From Desulfosudis oleivorans (GTDB lineage: Bacteria > Desulfobacterota > Desulfobacteria > Desulfobacterales > SURF-7): a stretch of 64,000 bases of DNA. Each line of letters opens with the position of its first letter. Positions within the stretch are counted from its first letter, which is position 1. The notes under the pieces are model-generated. The model made no database searches, had not been told where the DNA came from, and saw only the letters and a list, made by a program, of their open reading frames with translations. The position numbers and the translations under genes are program-made. This document shows positions 42,758-51,441 of this stretch, piece after piece. The stretch covers positions 159,629-223,628 of the forward strand of contig DYJD01000002.1 of the NCBI GenBank assembly GCA_020723325.1, in the 5' to 3' direction.

Positions 42758-45004
42758 ATGGCCTTGATCCGCTCCAAATTTTCCCAACGCATGGTCTTCC
42801 TATCCTTTGCCGGTCTGTTGCTGCTCCTGACCCTGGCCGCCATTAAATCCGAAGACACCCCGGGCTGGAAAGCAATCCAGGAAACCTATCAGCGGCATTA
42901 TCAAACCAAAATTTTGGAACAGGCCCGGGCCGCCGAGGCTGCCGGGAATTCCGCTGATCTGGCCAAGTGGCAACTGCTTTTGCGCGAAAACCAAGCCGGC
43001 CGGACCGGCGAAATCCGCCAGATTTTTCTGCCGGATGCAGGGGTGCGCGACCTTTGCGGCACCTGCCATTTGGCCATGGAAAATCCGCTTTTCAAAGACT
43101 CCCCGAATCCTTTGCGGGCCCACCCCCCTGACCTGCTGAAGCACCATCCCCTGAATCGCTTTGGATGCAGCCTCTGCCATCACGGCCAGGGGACCGCCCT
43201 TTCCGCTGATAAAGCCCATGGCTTTGAAAAAAACTGGCCCAAGCCCCGGGTGCCGCTGAAATTTGTCCAGGGTCTGTGCTTCGGCTGCCATGCCAGCGCC
43301 TTTGGACTCAGCGGCGCGGAAAAAGCGGCTGAAGGCGAGGGCCTTTTTGTGGACCATGGCTGCTACGGCTGCCATTCAACCCCGGCCACGGACAAACTGC
43401 CAGCCATGGCCACCCCCCTTGACAATATCGGCGCCAAGGTTCAAACCCCGGCCTGGCTGTTCCATTGGATTCAAGATCCGGCTTCCATCCGGCCGCGGAC
43501 ACGCATGCCGGCTTTTCAATTGGAACCCGCCGCGGCCCGGCACATCACGGCCTTTCTGGTCACTCAGCAACAATCCGCCACTGCAGCGTCAACCGGAAAC
43601 CCCGGTCAAGGGAAAAAGTCACAAGGTCAATCCCTGTTTACGGAAAAAGGCTGTATCGCCTGCCACGCGGTTGCGCCGGAACAGGCCGCCCTTACCGACC
43701 GGGTGCCCAATCTTGCGGATGCGGGTTTGAAGCTGAGCCCCCAATGGACCGCTGCCTGGCTGGCCAAGCCTGCCGGGCTCATCCCCCGCACCTCCATGCC
43801 GCGCGTGCCCCTTTCAGACGAGGAGATCGCTCACCTGGGTGCTTATCTGGTCAGCCTACAGGCCCGGTCCGTGGCGGATAAACTGAGCAACACAGGAACC
43901 GACGACCCGGCCGGCGGCGATGCGGCCGAAGGGAAAAAATTGATTCAGGTTTTCGGCTGCTATGGCTGTCATCCCATTGAAGCCCTTGCCGATCCGCCCA
44001 AGGTCGGCCTGGAAGTGGCCGCCGTGGCCCGCAAACGACTGGAAGAGCTGCCCTTCGGCCACAATACCAGCGTGCCCCGTACCAAATGGGATTGGCTGCT
44101 GGCCAAGATCAAGCAACCGGATCTTTTCAAGACCGAAGACATGCCCCTGCGGATGCCTAATTATTTGCGCCCATTGGTGTTCAATGAAGCCCAGGCCGAG
44201 GCCTTGACGGTTTTTTATCTGAATCAAGGTGCCAATCTGCCTGAAAACTACCATCACAAACCCCGGCAAGAAACCGCGGTCAATATGCAAGGCAGCTTTT
44301 TGACGACCCATTACAACTGCCTGGGCTGCCATCAACTTGCCGAAGAGCAAAAACCCCGGATCGCCGAACATCTGGCCTTGAAATCCATGATTCCGCCCCG
44401 TCTTATCGGCGAAGGCCAGCGGGTCCAGCCCCAGTGGTTCTTCCAATTCCTGAGCCGTCCCGGGGAAATGCGGCCCTGGCTGAAAATGCGCATGCCGGAA
44501 TTCGCCTTTACCTATGCTGAAAAAACCGCATTGATCGACTATTTTATCTGGCAGTCCGCTGCTCCGGGAAAGGACCGGCCCGAGGCCCCTTACGTACTGC
44601 TGCCGGTGCAGAGCGATTTTGAGGCGGAAAGCCTGCAAATGGGCGAATATCGCCTGGTCACGGATAAATGCATGCAGTGTCATCCGGTCAACCAGGAGGC
44701 CGCTTTGCCCCAGGATGTGAAGGTGGAGGACTTGTCCATCAACCTCATGCTGGCCAAATCCCGGTTGCGGTTTGAATGGATCAAGAACTTCCTGCGGAAT
44801 CCGGATCAATATTCCGGCAAGGACACCAAAATGCCCTTTGTTTACTACACCCCGGACAAGGTGCCGCGCATTCCCGACCCGGAGATGTGGATCGAATACA
44901 CCGCCCGCTTCCTGATGTTCATGGACCGGACACCTGAAATCAAACAAGCCAAACAGGTGGAAGCGCTTCGCCCGGGCAGCGAAGTGGATTGGACGAGTTA
45001 TTGA
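42758..45004 (+). CDS. membrane-anchored octaheme c-type cytochrome
   Basis: N-terminal TM helix MVFLSFAGLLLLLTLAAI. Eight CxxCH motifs: CGTCH, CSLCH, CFGCH, CYGCH, CIACH, CYGCH, CLGCH and CMQCH. Confidence 0.85.
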   Translation: MALIRSKFSQRMVFLSFAGLLLLLTLAAIKSEDTPGWKAIQETYQRHYQTKILEQARAAEAAGNSADLAKWQLLLRENQAGRTGEIRQIFLPDAGVRDLCGTCHLAMENPLFKDSPNPLRAHPPDLLKHHPLNRFGCSLCHHGQGTALSADKAHGFEKNWPKPRVPLKFVQGLCFGCHASAFGLSGAEKAAEGEGLFVDHGCYGCHSTPATDKLPAMATPLDNIGAKVQTPAWLFHWIQDPASIRPRTRMPAFQLEPAAARHITAFLVTQQQSATAASTGNPGQGKKSQGQSLFTEKGCIACHAVAPEQAALTDRVPNLADAGLKLSPQWTAAWLAKPAGLIPRTSMPRVPLSDEEIAHLGAYLVSLQARSVADKLSNTGTDDPAGGDAAEGKKLIQVFGCYGCHPIEALADPPKVGLEVAAVARKRLEELPFGHNTSVPRTKWDWLLAKIKQPDLFKTEDMPLRMPNYLRPLVFNEAQAEALTVFYLNQGANLPENYHHKPRQETAVNMQGSFLTTHYNCLGCHQLAEEQKPRIAEHLALKSMIPPRLIGEGQRVQPQWFFQFLSRPGEMRPWLKMRMPEFAFTYAEKTALIDYFIWQSAAPGKDRPEAPYVLLPVQSDFEAESLQMGEYRLVTDKCMQCHPVNQEAALPQDVKVEDLSINLMLAKSRLRFEWIKNFLRNPDQYSGKDTKMPFVYYTPDKVPRIPDPEMWIEYTARFLMFMDRTPEIKQAKQVEALRPGSEVDWTSY

Positions 45005-45012
45005 TGTTGTTT

Positions 45013-45058
45013 TATTGGTCCTATTAGTCTTATTGGTCCTATTGGTTCAAACCAATAG
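45013..45058 (+). repeat. nonamer array (TATTGGTCC x4 variants) ending in a hairpin
   Basis: TATTGGTCC TATTAGTCT TATTGGTCC TATTGGTTC (45013-45048). TATTGG (45040-45045) pairs with CCAATA (45052-45057). Confidence 0.8.
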
Positions 45059-45082
45059 AACCATTTTTCCCGAGGTCTAACA

Positions 45083-47662
45083 ATGTGGAAACCCAAATGG
45101 ACACTATTATCGGCCTTCCTGGCCCTGGCCCTGGTTCTATCGGGCACCGCCTGCCGGCAATTGCTGCTGCAGCACATCAAGCCTTTGGAAATTCTCGGAT
45201 TCAAAACCGTTCTGATGGCGGATACGGTCTGGTCCAAGGCCGACAGCCCCCACCAGGTCCTGGAGAATGTTTTTATTTTACCGGAAGTGACCCTCTGCAT
45301 TGAACCCGGCGCGGAAGTTTTGCTGGCCCCCGGCGTGCAGATCAAAAGCCAGGGCCGGATCATCGCCGTTGGCACGGAAGCCGCGCCCATCCGCATCGGG
45401 CCTTTGCAGGACGCCCCCTGGGACCGCATTGAATGCTTCGGCGGCTGGTTTCTGGAAGACGGCAGCCTGCCGGTCAATGAATTCCGGCACTGCCGGATCC
45501 AGGGCGGCCGGGGCATCACCATCCGGTCGGCGGCGGTGCACATGCAGGACTGTATCATGCATGACAACCTCTCCACGGCCCTGCGGATCGAATTCGGCGC
45601 CGGCAAAGTCGTTTCCAACCGGATTCACGACAACAGTACCCGGCAGGAAACCGCTTCCGGCAACGGCGCCGGCATCATGGTCTATACGGACAAATCCGTC
45701 CTGATCGAGGACAACCAGATTTACGGGAACCAGTCCTGGGGCGGCAGGGACGGCGGCGGCGGCATTTACGCCTTTGCCTATGATACCGGTCAAATCGCGG
45801 TGAAGGGCAACCGCGTTGAAAAGAACCGCAGCGACCGGCACGGCGGCGGCCTGGTGGTCTATGCCTGCCGGGTGGAAGACAATGAAATCGCGGACAATCA
45901 AGCGGCCGATAACGGCGGCGGCATTTACGCCATCCGCTCCGTCCTGAAAAACAACCGCATTCGGCAAAACCGCGCCGCTTGCGGCGGCGGCATTTTTGCC
46001 GACAACGCCCGCATCCAGGGCAATGCCGTTACCTGCAACCAGGCGGCTCCGGAAAAAGGCAGCGGCCTGTTCTATTTCGGCGAGGGCCGCATTGAAGCCA
46101 ATTCCTTTGTCCGCAATGCTCCGGCAACGGGTGCGGGCGGTGAAACCATCATCGTTTCCGGCAATCCCACCCTGGCACGCAACAACATCATCGCCGAAAG
46201 CGGTTATGCCCTGCGGGTCCACACCCACCAGCTTGCCGTTGATCTGAATGCCCAAGGCAATTATTGGGGCAGTATTGAGCCGGCCGTCATCGACAGTCTG
46301 ATCTATGATTGGCTCAAGGACTCCAGCGTGGGCCTTACGGATCGGCAAGCCCCGGCGCCGGCTTGGATTTCCGGCACCCCCCCGCCCCCCCAGGATGCAG
46401 CCGCCACCGTCACCCGCCTTCTTCCGGAACCCCAGGCCGGCAGTCTGTCCGGCGCGGTTCTTTCCAGCCAAGTGATCGGGTCTTCAACGGCAGCCATAGT
46501 AAACATCAACGGCAATCTGCTCATCGCCGAAGGCGCCGACCTTAAAATTCTGCCGGGCACCACCATCAACCTTTCACCGGGGGCCACTATTCGAACCCGC
46601 GGCCGCCTGTTGGCTGAGGGTGAACCCTCCCGACCCATCCGCTTTACCACAAGCGCTGAGAGTCCCTGGGGGCAATTGTTGTTTGAAAAAAAAAGCCTTG
46701 CCGGCCTAGCGAAGGCGGCGGAGGAGGAGCAAGAGGAGTCGCCGGCAGACCAAAGCGGCGTCCTGCGGCATTGCCTTGTTGAGAAAGGCCTGGGCATCGT
46801 CATGGAGGAAACCGGGCCGCGCATTGAAAACTGCCGGATCCAGAACAATCTTGGTAGCGGCATCACCATCCGCAATGCCGGCGTCACCATCGCCGGGAAT
46901 ACCATCGTGAAAAATCAAAGCCCGGGCAACGGCGGCGGCATTTATGCCTACGGCAGCCGGCCCATCCATATCCGGAACAATGCCATTGCCGACAATCGGG
47001 CTGCGGAGGACGGCGGCGGGGTGTTTGCCTATGGCTATCGTTCCAATACGGCCGTCAATTTAGCGGGTAATCTCATCGAGAACAACCACTGCGGCAATGA
47101 CGGCGGCGGCCTCTGGGCTTCCCGGGCCGGGGTTCTTTCAAACCGCATCCAGCACAATCAAGCCCGGGGCAACGGCGGCGGGGTGTTTGCCACATTCGCC
47201 CTTGTGGAAAAAAATGAGATCGATTACAACCAGGCAGAACAGGGCGGCGGGGTGTTTGCCGAGGCCAACAGCTCGTTGACCGGCAATCGCATCAGCGGAA
47301 ACAACATCAAGGGAAAATACGGCGGGGCCGTATATTTGAATTTTTGGGGGGTCAGCATCAAAAATGAAACTTTTTCCCACAACCAGGTGTCGGCCAATCA
47401 TTCCCAAGACCAAACCGGTGTGGGCGGCATTTATTTGAACGGGGTCATGATTTTTGATTATAACGATATATATGACAATAGCGGCTTTCAATTGCAGAAC
47501 GGCAATCCCGCGGGACAACCGGCCCTGGAGGCCGTGCAGTGTTATTGGGGGGACCAGGGGCAAGCGGATAAAGACGCGCTGATTTTCGATGGCAAGGATG
47601 ACCCCGCCCTGGCCATGGTGCGCTATCAACCTTGCCGGACACAGCCCTTGGAAACCGACTGA
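45083..47662 (+). CDS. exported right-handed parallel beta-helix repeat protein (NosD/CASH-like), two helix domains
   Basis: Signal/lipoprotein-like N-terminus LLSAFLALALVLSGTAC. It contains many N.GGGIYA / GGG(V/I)FA turns and an acidic linker AAEEEQEESPADQSG. Confidence 0.8.
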   Translation: MWKPKWTLLSAFLALALVLSGTACRQLLLQHIKPLEILGFKTVLMADTVWSKADSPHQVLENVFILPEVTLCIEPGAEVLLAPGVQIKSQGRIIAVGTEAAPIRIGPLQDAPWDRIECFGGWFLEDGSLPVNEFRHCRIQGGRGITIRSAAVHMQDCIMHDNLSTALRIEFGAGKVVSNRIHDNSTRQETASGNGAGIMVYTDKSVLIEDNQIYGNQSWGGRDGGGGIYAFAYDTGQIAVKGNRVEKNRSDRHGGGLVVYACRVEDNEIADNQAADNGGGIYAIRSVLKNNRIRQNRAACGGGIFADNARIQGNAVTCNQAAPEKGSGLFYFGEGRIEANSFVRNAPATGAGGETIIVSGNPTLARNNIIAESGYALRVHTHQLAVDLNAQGNYWGSIEPAVIDSLIYDWLKDSSVGLTDRQAPAPAWISGTPPPPQDAAATVTRLLPEPQAGSLSGAVLSSQVIGSSTAAIVNINGNLLIAEGADLKILPGTTINLSPGATIRTRGRLLAEGEPSRPIRFTTSAESPWGQLLFEKKSLAGLAKAAEEEQEESPADQSGVLRHCLVEKGLGIVMEETGPRIENCRIQNNLGSGITIRNAGVTIAGNTIVKNQSPGNGGGIYAYGSRPIHIRNNAIADNRAAEDGGGVFAYGYRSNTAVNLAGNLIENNHCGNDGGGLWASRAGVLSNRIQHNQARGNGGGVFATFALVEKNEIDYNQAEQGGGVFAEANSSLTGNRISGNNIKGKYGGAVYLNFWGVSIKNETFSHNQVSANHSQDQTGVGGIYLNGVMIFDYNDIYDNSGFQLQNGNPAGQPALEAVQCYWGDQGQADKDALIFDGKDDPALAMVRYQPCRTQPLETD

Positions 47663-47734
47663 CAAAACATGGGCCCAGGTTGAAGATAGGAAAAAGAACG
47701 TCCTGGGCAAGTTTATAACGACGCGAGTGCGGAT

Positions 47735-48763
47735 ATGTTAAAGACCATTAAAACCGAAGAGGCTGTGGGCCACATCCTGGCCCACGATATCACTGAGATC
47801 AGGCCCGGGGAATTCAAGGGCCGCGCTTTTCAAAAAGGACATCGCATTTGTGAAGAGGACCTTTGCCATTTGCAGCGGCTGGGCAAACGGCATATTTATG
47901 TCATTGACCGGACCGACGACTACCTGCATGAAGACGACGCCGTGAAGCTCATGGCCCAGGCCTTTTGCGGCCATGGCGTGGGCTGGCACGGGGAGCCGGT
48001 GGAGGGCAAACTGAAACTGTGCGCCCTGGCAGACGGTCTGCTTACAGTGGACATCAGGGCCTTGACCTGCGTCAACCTTTTGGGGGAAGTCATGTGCGCC
48101 AGCCGGCACAATCATACGGTGGTCCAAAAGGGGGCCGTGGTGGCCGCCACCCGGGCCATCCCCCTCCTGGTTCAAAAAGAAATCGTGGAAAAAGCCGTGG
48201 CCGCCGCCCATGATTGTCCTGAAGGAATTCTCAGTGTCAAGCCTTTGCGCAAAGCCCGGGTGGGCATCTTGATCACCGGCAGTGAAATTGCCGCAGGTCT
48301 CATCGAGGATCGTTTTGAAGGCATCCTGCGCCAAAAATTGAAGCGCCTGGGTTCCCAGGTCTTGCGGGTGGAAATCGCCACGGACGACGCGGCCCTCATT
48401 TGCAAAAAACTCTTGTCCTATTTGGAGGACGGCCTGGATTTGATTCTGACCACGGGCGGCATGTCCGTGGATCCGGACGACGTCACCCGCACGGCGGTTC
48501 AGCAGGCTGGGGGCCGTGATGTCCTGTACGGCGCGCCCATCCTGCCCGGTGCCATGTTCATGCTGGCCCACATCGGCCCTGTGCCTGTGCTGGGCGTGCC
48601 GGCCTGCGGCATCTACCATCAAACCACCATCCTGGATCTCCTGCTGCCGCGGATTCTGGCCGGGGATACCATTACCAGGGCGGATCTGGCGGTAATGGGC
48701 CACGGCGGGCTGTGCCTGGACTGCCCGGAGTGTCGTTATCCGGTTTGCCCCTTCGGCAAATAG
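47735..48763 (+). CDS. MoeA-like molybdopterin-binding (MoCF_biosynth domain) protein with C-terminal Cys cluster
   Basis: VGILITGSEI..LILTTGGMSVDPDDVT is the MoaB/MogA/MoeA-type MPT-binding fold. C-terminal CLDCPECRYPVCPFGK. Confidence 0.65.
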   Translation: MLKTIKTEEAVGHILAHDITEIRPGEFKGRAFQKGHRICEEDLCHLQRLGKRHIYVIDRTDDYLHEDDAVKLMAQAFCGHGVGWHGEPVEGKLKLCALADGLLTVDIRALTCVNLLGEVMCASRHNHTVVQKGAVVAATRAIPLLVQKEIVEKAVAAAHDCPEGILSVKPLRKARVGILITGSEIAAGLIEDRFEGILRQKLKRLGSQVLRVEIATDDAALICKKLLSYLEDGLDLILTTGGMSVDPDDVTRTAVQQAGGRDVLYGAPILPGAMFMLAHIGPVPVLGVPACGIYHQTTILDLLLPRILAGDTITRADLAVMGHGGLCLDCPECRYPVCPFGK

Positions 48764-48823
48764 CCCGGCTATTCTGTTTGACGAAAACCCTTGTTTCTGG
48801 AATAACAGGAACTGAATTGGCCT

Positions 48824-48893
48824 TAATCATCGCTACGGCCGCATCGCGGCTGGAAGCCGCTCCCACAACCGGGGGGGATCAAGGCCACCAAAT
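48824..48893 (+). repeat. REP-like module (CGGCCGCATCGCGGCTGGAAGCCGCTCCCAC)
   Basis: The core at 48836-48866 is identical to 50883-50908 and to the reverse complement of 51291-51316. The flanks align with the reverse complement of 51266-51340. Confidence 0.8.
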
Positions 48894-48906
48894 CATACTG
48901 CTTGCC

Positions 48907-49614
48907 ATGAAGAAATCGAAATTGCTCAAAATGAAAGAACTGGCGGAGGTCACCGGCGTGAGCGGCGGCACCATCCGCTATTATATTCAGCAGGGGGTGT
49001 TGCCCCAGCCGGTGAAAACCCACAAAAACATGGCCTATTACGATGAAGGCTATATCCGGCGCATCCGCATGATCAAGGAGCTGCAAAAAAGCCGTTTTCT
49101 GCCCCTGGATATCATCCGGACCATGCTGGCGGATATGGATTTTTCAAGGGAAGGGGATTACAAAGCCCTGGTGCGGGAAATCGATAAACCTCTTCTGGAA
49201 AACGGTCACGGTCATGGAGCGGCGACGGCCATGAGCCCGGCGGAGCTCTCGGCCCATACCGGCCTTAGCCCGGAAGAAATTACTAGCCTGGTGCGGCTGG
49301 ATATGATTCTGCCCGATGCCGAAGGCCGTTTTGACCCGGAAAGCATCCGCCTCACTGAAATCGTGGCGGAACTGCGTAAGGTGGGTCTGAGTCAGGATCT
49401 CGACTTTCAGGTGGAGCACCTGCGCATCCACATGGATTTGATTGAATTCCTGGCCCGCAAGGAATTGGATCTGTTCAGTAAACGCATAGCCGGCAAAGGC
49501 CTGGATCGCCATTCGGCCTCCAAGCTTGCCAAAGACGCCATCAGCGTGATCAACAAACTGTTGCCCATTCTGCATTTGCGCATGATCCAAAAAATATTCG
49601 AGGAAGCGGAATGA
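48907..49614 (+). CDS. MerR-family transcriptional regulator
   Basis: ATG 48907. MKELAEVTGVSGGTIRYYIQQGVLPQP..YYDEGYIRRIRMIKELQ is the MerR HTH. Its stop overlaps the moeA start (ATGA). Confidence 0.8.
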   Translation: MKKSKLLKMKELAEVTGVSGGTIRYYIQQGVLPQPVKTHKNMAYYDEGYIRRIRMIKELQKSRFLPLDIIRTMLADMDFSREGDYKALVREIDKPLLENGHGHGAATAMSPAELSAHTGLSPEEITSLVRLDMILPDAEGRFDPESIRLTEIVAELRKVGLSQDLDFQVEHLRIHMDLIEFLARKELDLFSKRIAGKGLDRHSASKLAKDAISVINKLLPILHLRMIQKIFEEAE

Positions 49615-50855
49615 AAAAATACGACATCGGCTTTCAGCAGGCCCTGCATTTGGCCTTGGAGCATATGCCCGAACCCCGCCGGGAAACCATGCCTATTCTG
49701 GCAGCCTGCGGCCGCATTTGCGCCGGGCCGGTGCAGGCCCTGGTGGACTCTCCGTCCGTGGATGCTTCCATCAAGGACGGCTACGCGGTGGTATCCGCCG
49801 ATCTGGCCCAGGCCGCGGCGACAAGACCGGTGCGCTTGGAACTGATCGGCCATGTGGCTGCCGGCGAAACAGCCGTTCAAAGTGTCCGAAGCGGAACCGC
49901 CCTGCGCATCCTAAGCGGCGCGCCTATTCCTTCAGGAGCGGATGCCGTGCTGGCCGAAGAGTTTGCCGATATCCAAGACGGCGGCGTGCTGGCCTCTGCC
50001 GATGCCGCCCATGGCCGCAACATCCTGCCCCAGGGCGCGGATGTGGCGGTTGGGGAATTGCTGGCGGAAACCGGCATGGAGCTCACGCCGCCCCTCATCG
50101 GACTTCTGACCGCCGGCGGCATTGCCGAGCTTACGGTATTTGCCCGGCCCAGAGTCGGGCTGTTGGCCACGGGCAGTGAAGTGCTCTTGCCCGGCCGCCC
50201 CCTGGGAAAGGGCCAATTGTTTGCCAGCAATGTGGCTCTTCAGGAAAGCTGGTTGCGCGCCATGCGCCTTGAAAGCAGCCTGTTGCACGCTGTTGATGAT
50301 TTTGCGACCATTCAGACGGCGGTGGCGGAACTGTTGACCCACAATGATGTGGTCATCACTTCCGGCGGGGCCTGGAAAGGCGACCGGGACATGATCGTCA
50401 AGGTCCTGGCCGCCCTGGGGGCCGACCAAATTTTTCACCGTGTGCGCATGGGCCCCGGCAAGGCCGTGGGTTTGGCCATGGTGGCCGGCAAGCCGGTATT
50501 CTGCCTGCCCGGCGGCCCCACTTCCAATGAAATGGCCTTTCTCATGATCGCCCTGCCGGCTGTTTTAAAAATGGCCGGCCATGGCCGTTTCCCTTACCTG
50601 CGTCTTTCGGCCGAACTGGAAACCGGCATCAGCGGCCAGAGCGACTGGACCCAATTTGTCCAATGCCGGATCATTCACAAGGACGGAAAAATTTTCCTCA
50701 GACCGGAAAAACTCAAAAGCCGCCTGGCAGCCATGTTCCGCACCCAGGCCCTGGTGGAAATCCCCGAAGGCGTCACCACCTTGCCCGCCGGCCGGACCGT
50801 GCCCTATTGGTGTCTGGACCACGGGGTCTTTTCCGTTCCCTTTAACGGTTCCTAA
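49611..50855 (+). CDS. moeA: molybdopterin molybdenumtransferase
   Basis: SPSVDASIKDGYAV, RILSGAPIPSGADAV, VGLLATGSEV, VITSGGAW.GDRD and FCLPGGPTS. Confidence 0.9.
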   Translation: MKKYDIGFQQALHLALEHMPEPRRETMPILAACGRICAGPVQALVDSPSVDASIKDGYAVVSADLAQAAATRPVRLELIGHVAAGETAVQSVRSGTALRILSGAPIPSGADAVLAEEFADIQDGGVLASADAAHGRNILPQGADVAVGELLAETGMELTPPLIGLLTAGGIAELTVFARPRVGLLATGSEVLLPGRPLGKGQLFASNVALQESWLRAMRLESSLLHAVDDFATIQTAVAELLTHNDVVITSGGAWKGDRDMIVKVLAALGADQIFHRVRMGPGKAVGLAMVAGKPVFCLPGGPTSNEMAFLMIALPAVLKMAGHGRFPYLRLSAELETGISGQSDWTQFVQCRIIHKDGKIFLRPEKLKSRLAAMFRTQALVEIPEGVTTLPAGRTVPYWCLDHGVFSVPFNGS

Positions 50856-50877
50856 ACAGGGGCCTTAACCTTCATTT

Positions 50878-51320
50878 CAGCAGCATCGCGGCTGGAAGCC
50901 GCTCCCACTGCGGCGGGAATACCCAAGGCGTAAACGTGATCTCCATGCATGGCAATCGCATGTAGTTTTTTTCGGGGTCGGGGTCGGTATCAGGATCGGT
51001 ATCGAAAAATAATTTGATGGCCCCCGCTCCTGAAAAACCAGCTCGTTTTCCCTGCTGACCCCAAGACCCAACACCATGGACTTTCCGTTGGGGCGGTTCG
51101 CGAACCGCCCCTGCACATCGGCAGGGCGCCCCATCCCGTCCCGTTGGCGAATTGCCTTTGGGGAGTAAAAAAAAACTCGATACCGATTCCGATGCCGACC
51201 CCGACCCCGAGAGGTTGGATGGCAGAGACAAAACCCAAGCATTCACGAATCGCTTTGTGGCCTTGGTCATCATTTCGGTCATCCTCCACGGTGGGAGCGG
51301 CTTCCAGCCGCGATGCGGCC
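50878..51320 (-). repeat. nested palindromic element: REP inverted arms enclosing composite element copy B (50951-51266)
   Basis: Outer arms GCATCGCGGCTGGAAGCCGCTCCCAC (50883-50908) and its reverse complement (51291-51316). The inner 316-bp copy is the reverse complement of 33771-34083 and carries the palindrome GGGGCGGTTCGCGAACCGCCCC (51090-51111). Confidence 0.85.
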
Positions 51321-51441
51321 GAAACTATGATCAAGTTCCGTTTTGTCTTGGCGGGCAATAGTATTGGCTGGGTGAAATGTTGGCAATTAATGTCTGCACA
51401 TTCCACGCCAAGTTTACATGCGATTCCCCTGAATTTCTCTG

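Noticed and set aside
45278-46471. 397-aa minus-strand ORF opposite the beta-helix gene
   Set aside because: It is an antisense shadow of a repetitive GC-rich gene, with no start context or motifs.
47673-47708. Hairpin GCCCAGG..CCTGGGC after the beta-helix gene, considered as a terminator
   Set aside because: It has a 22-nt loop and no convincing T-tract (AAGTTTATAA), which is too weak to call.
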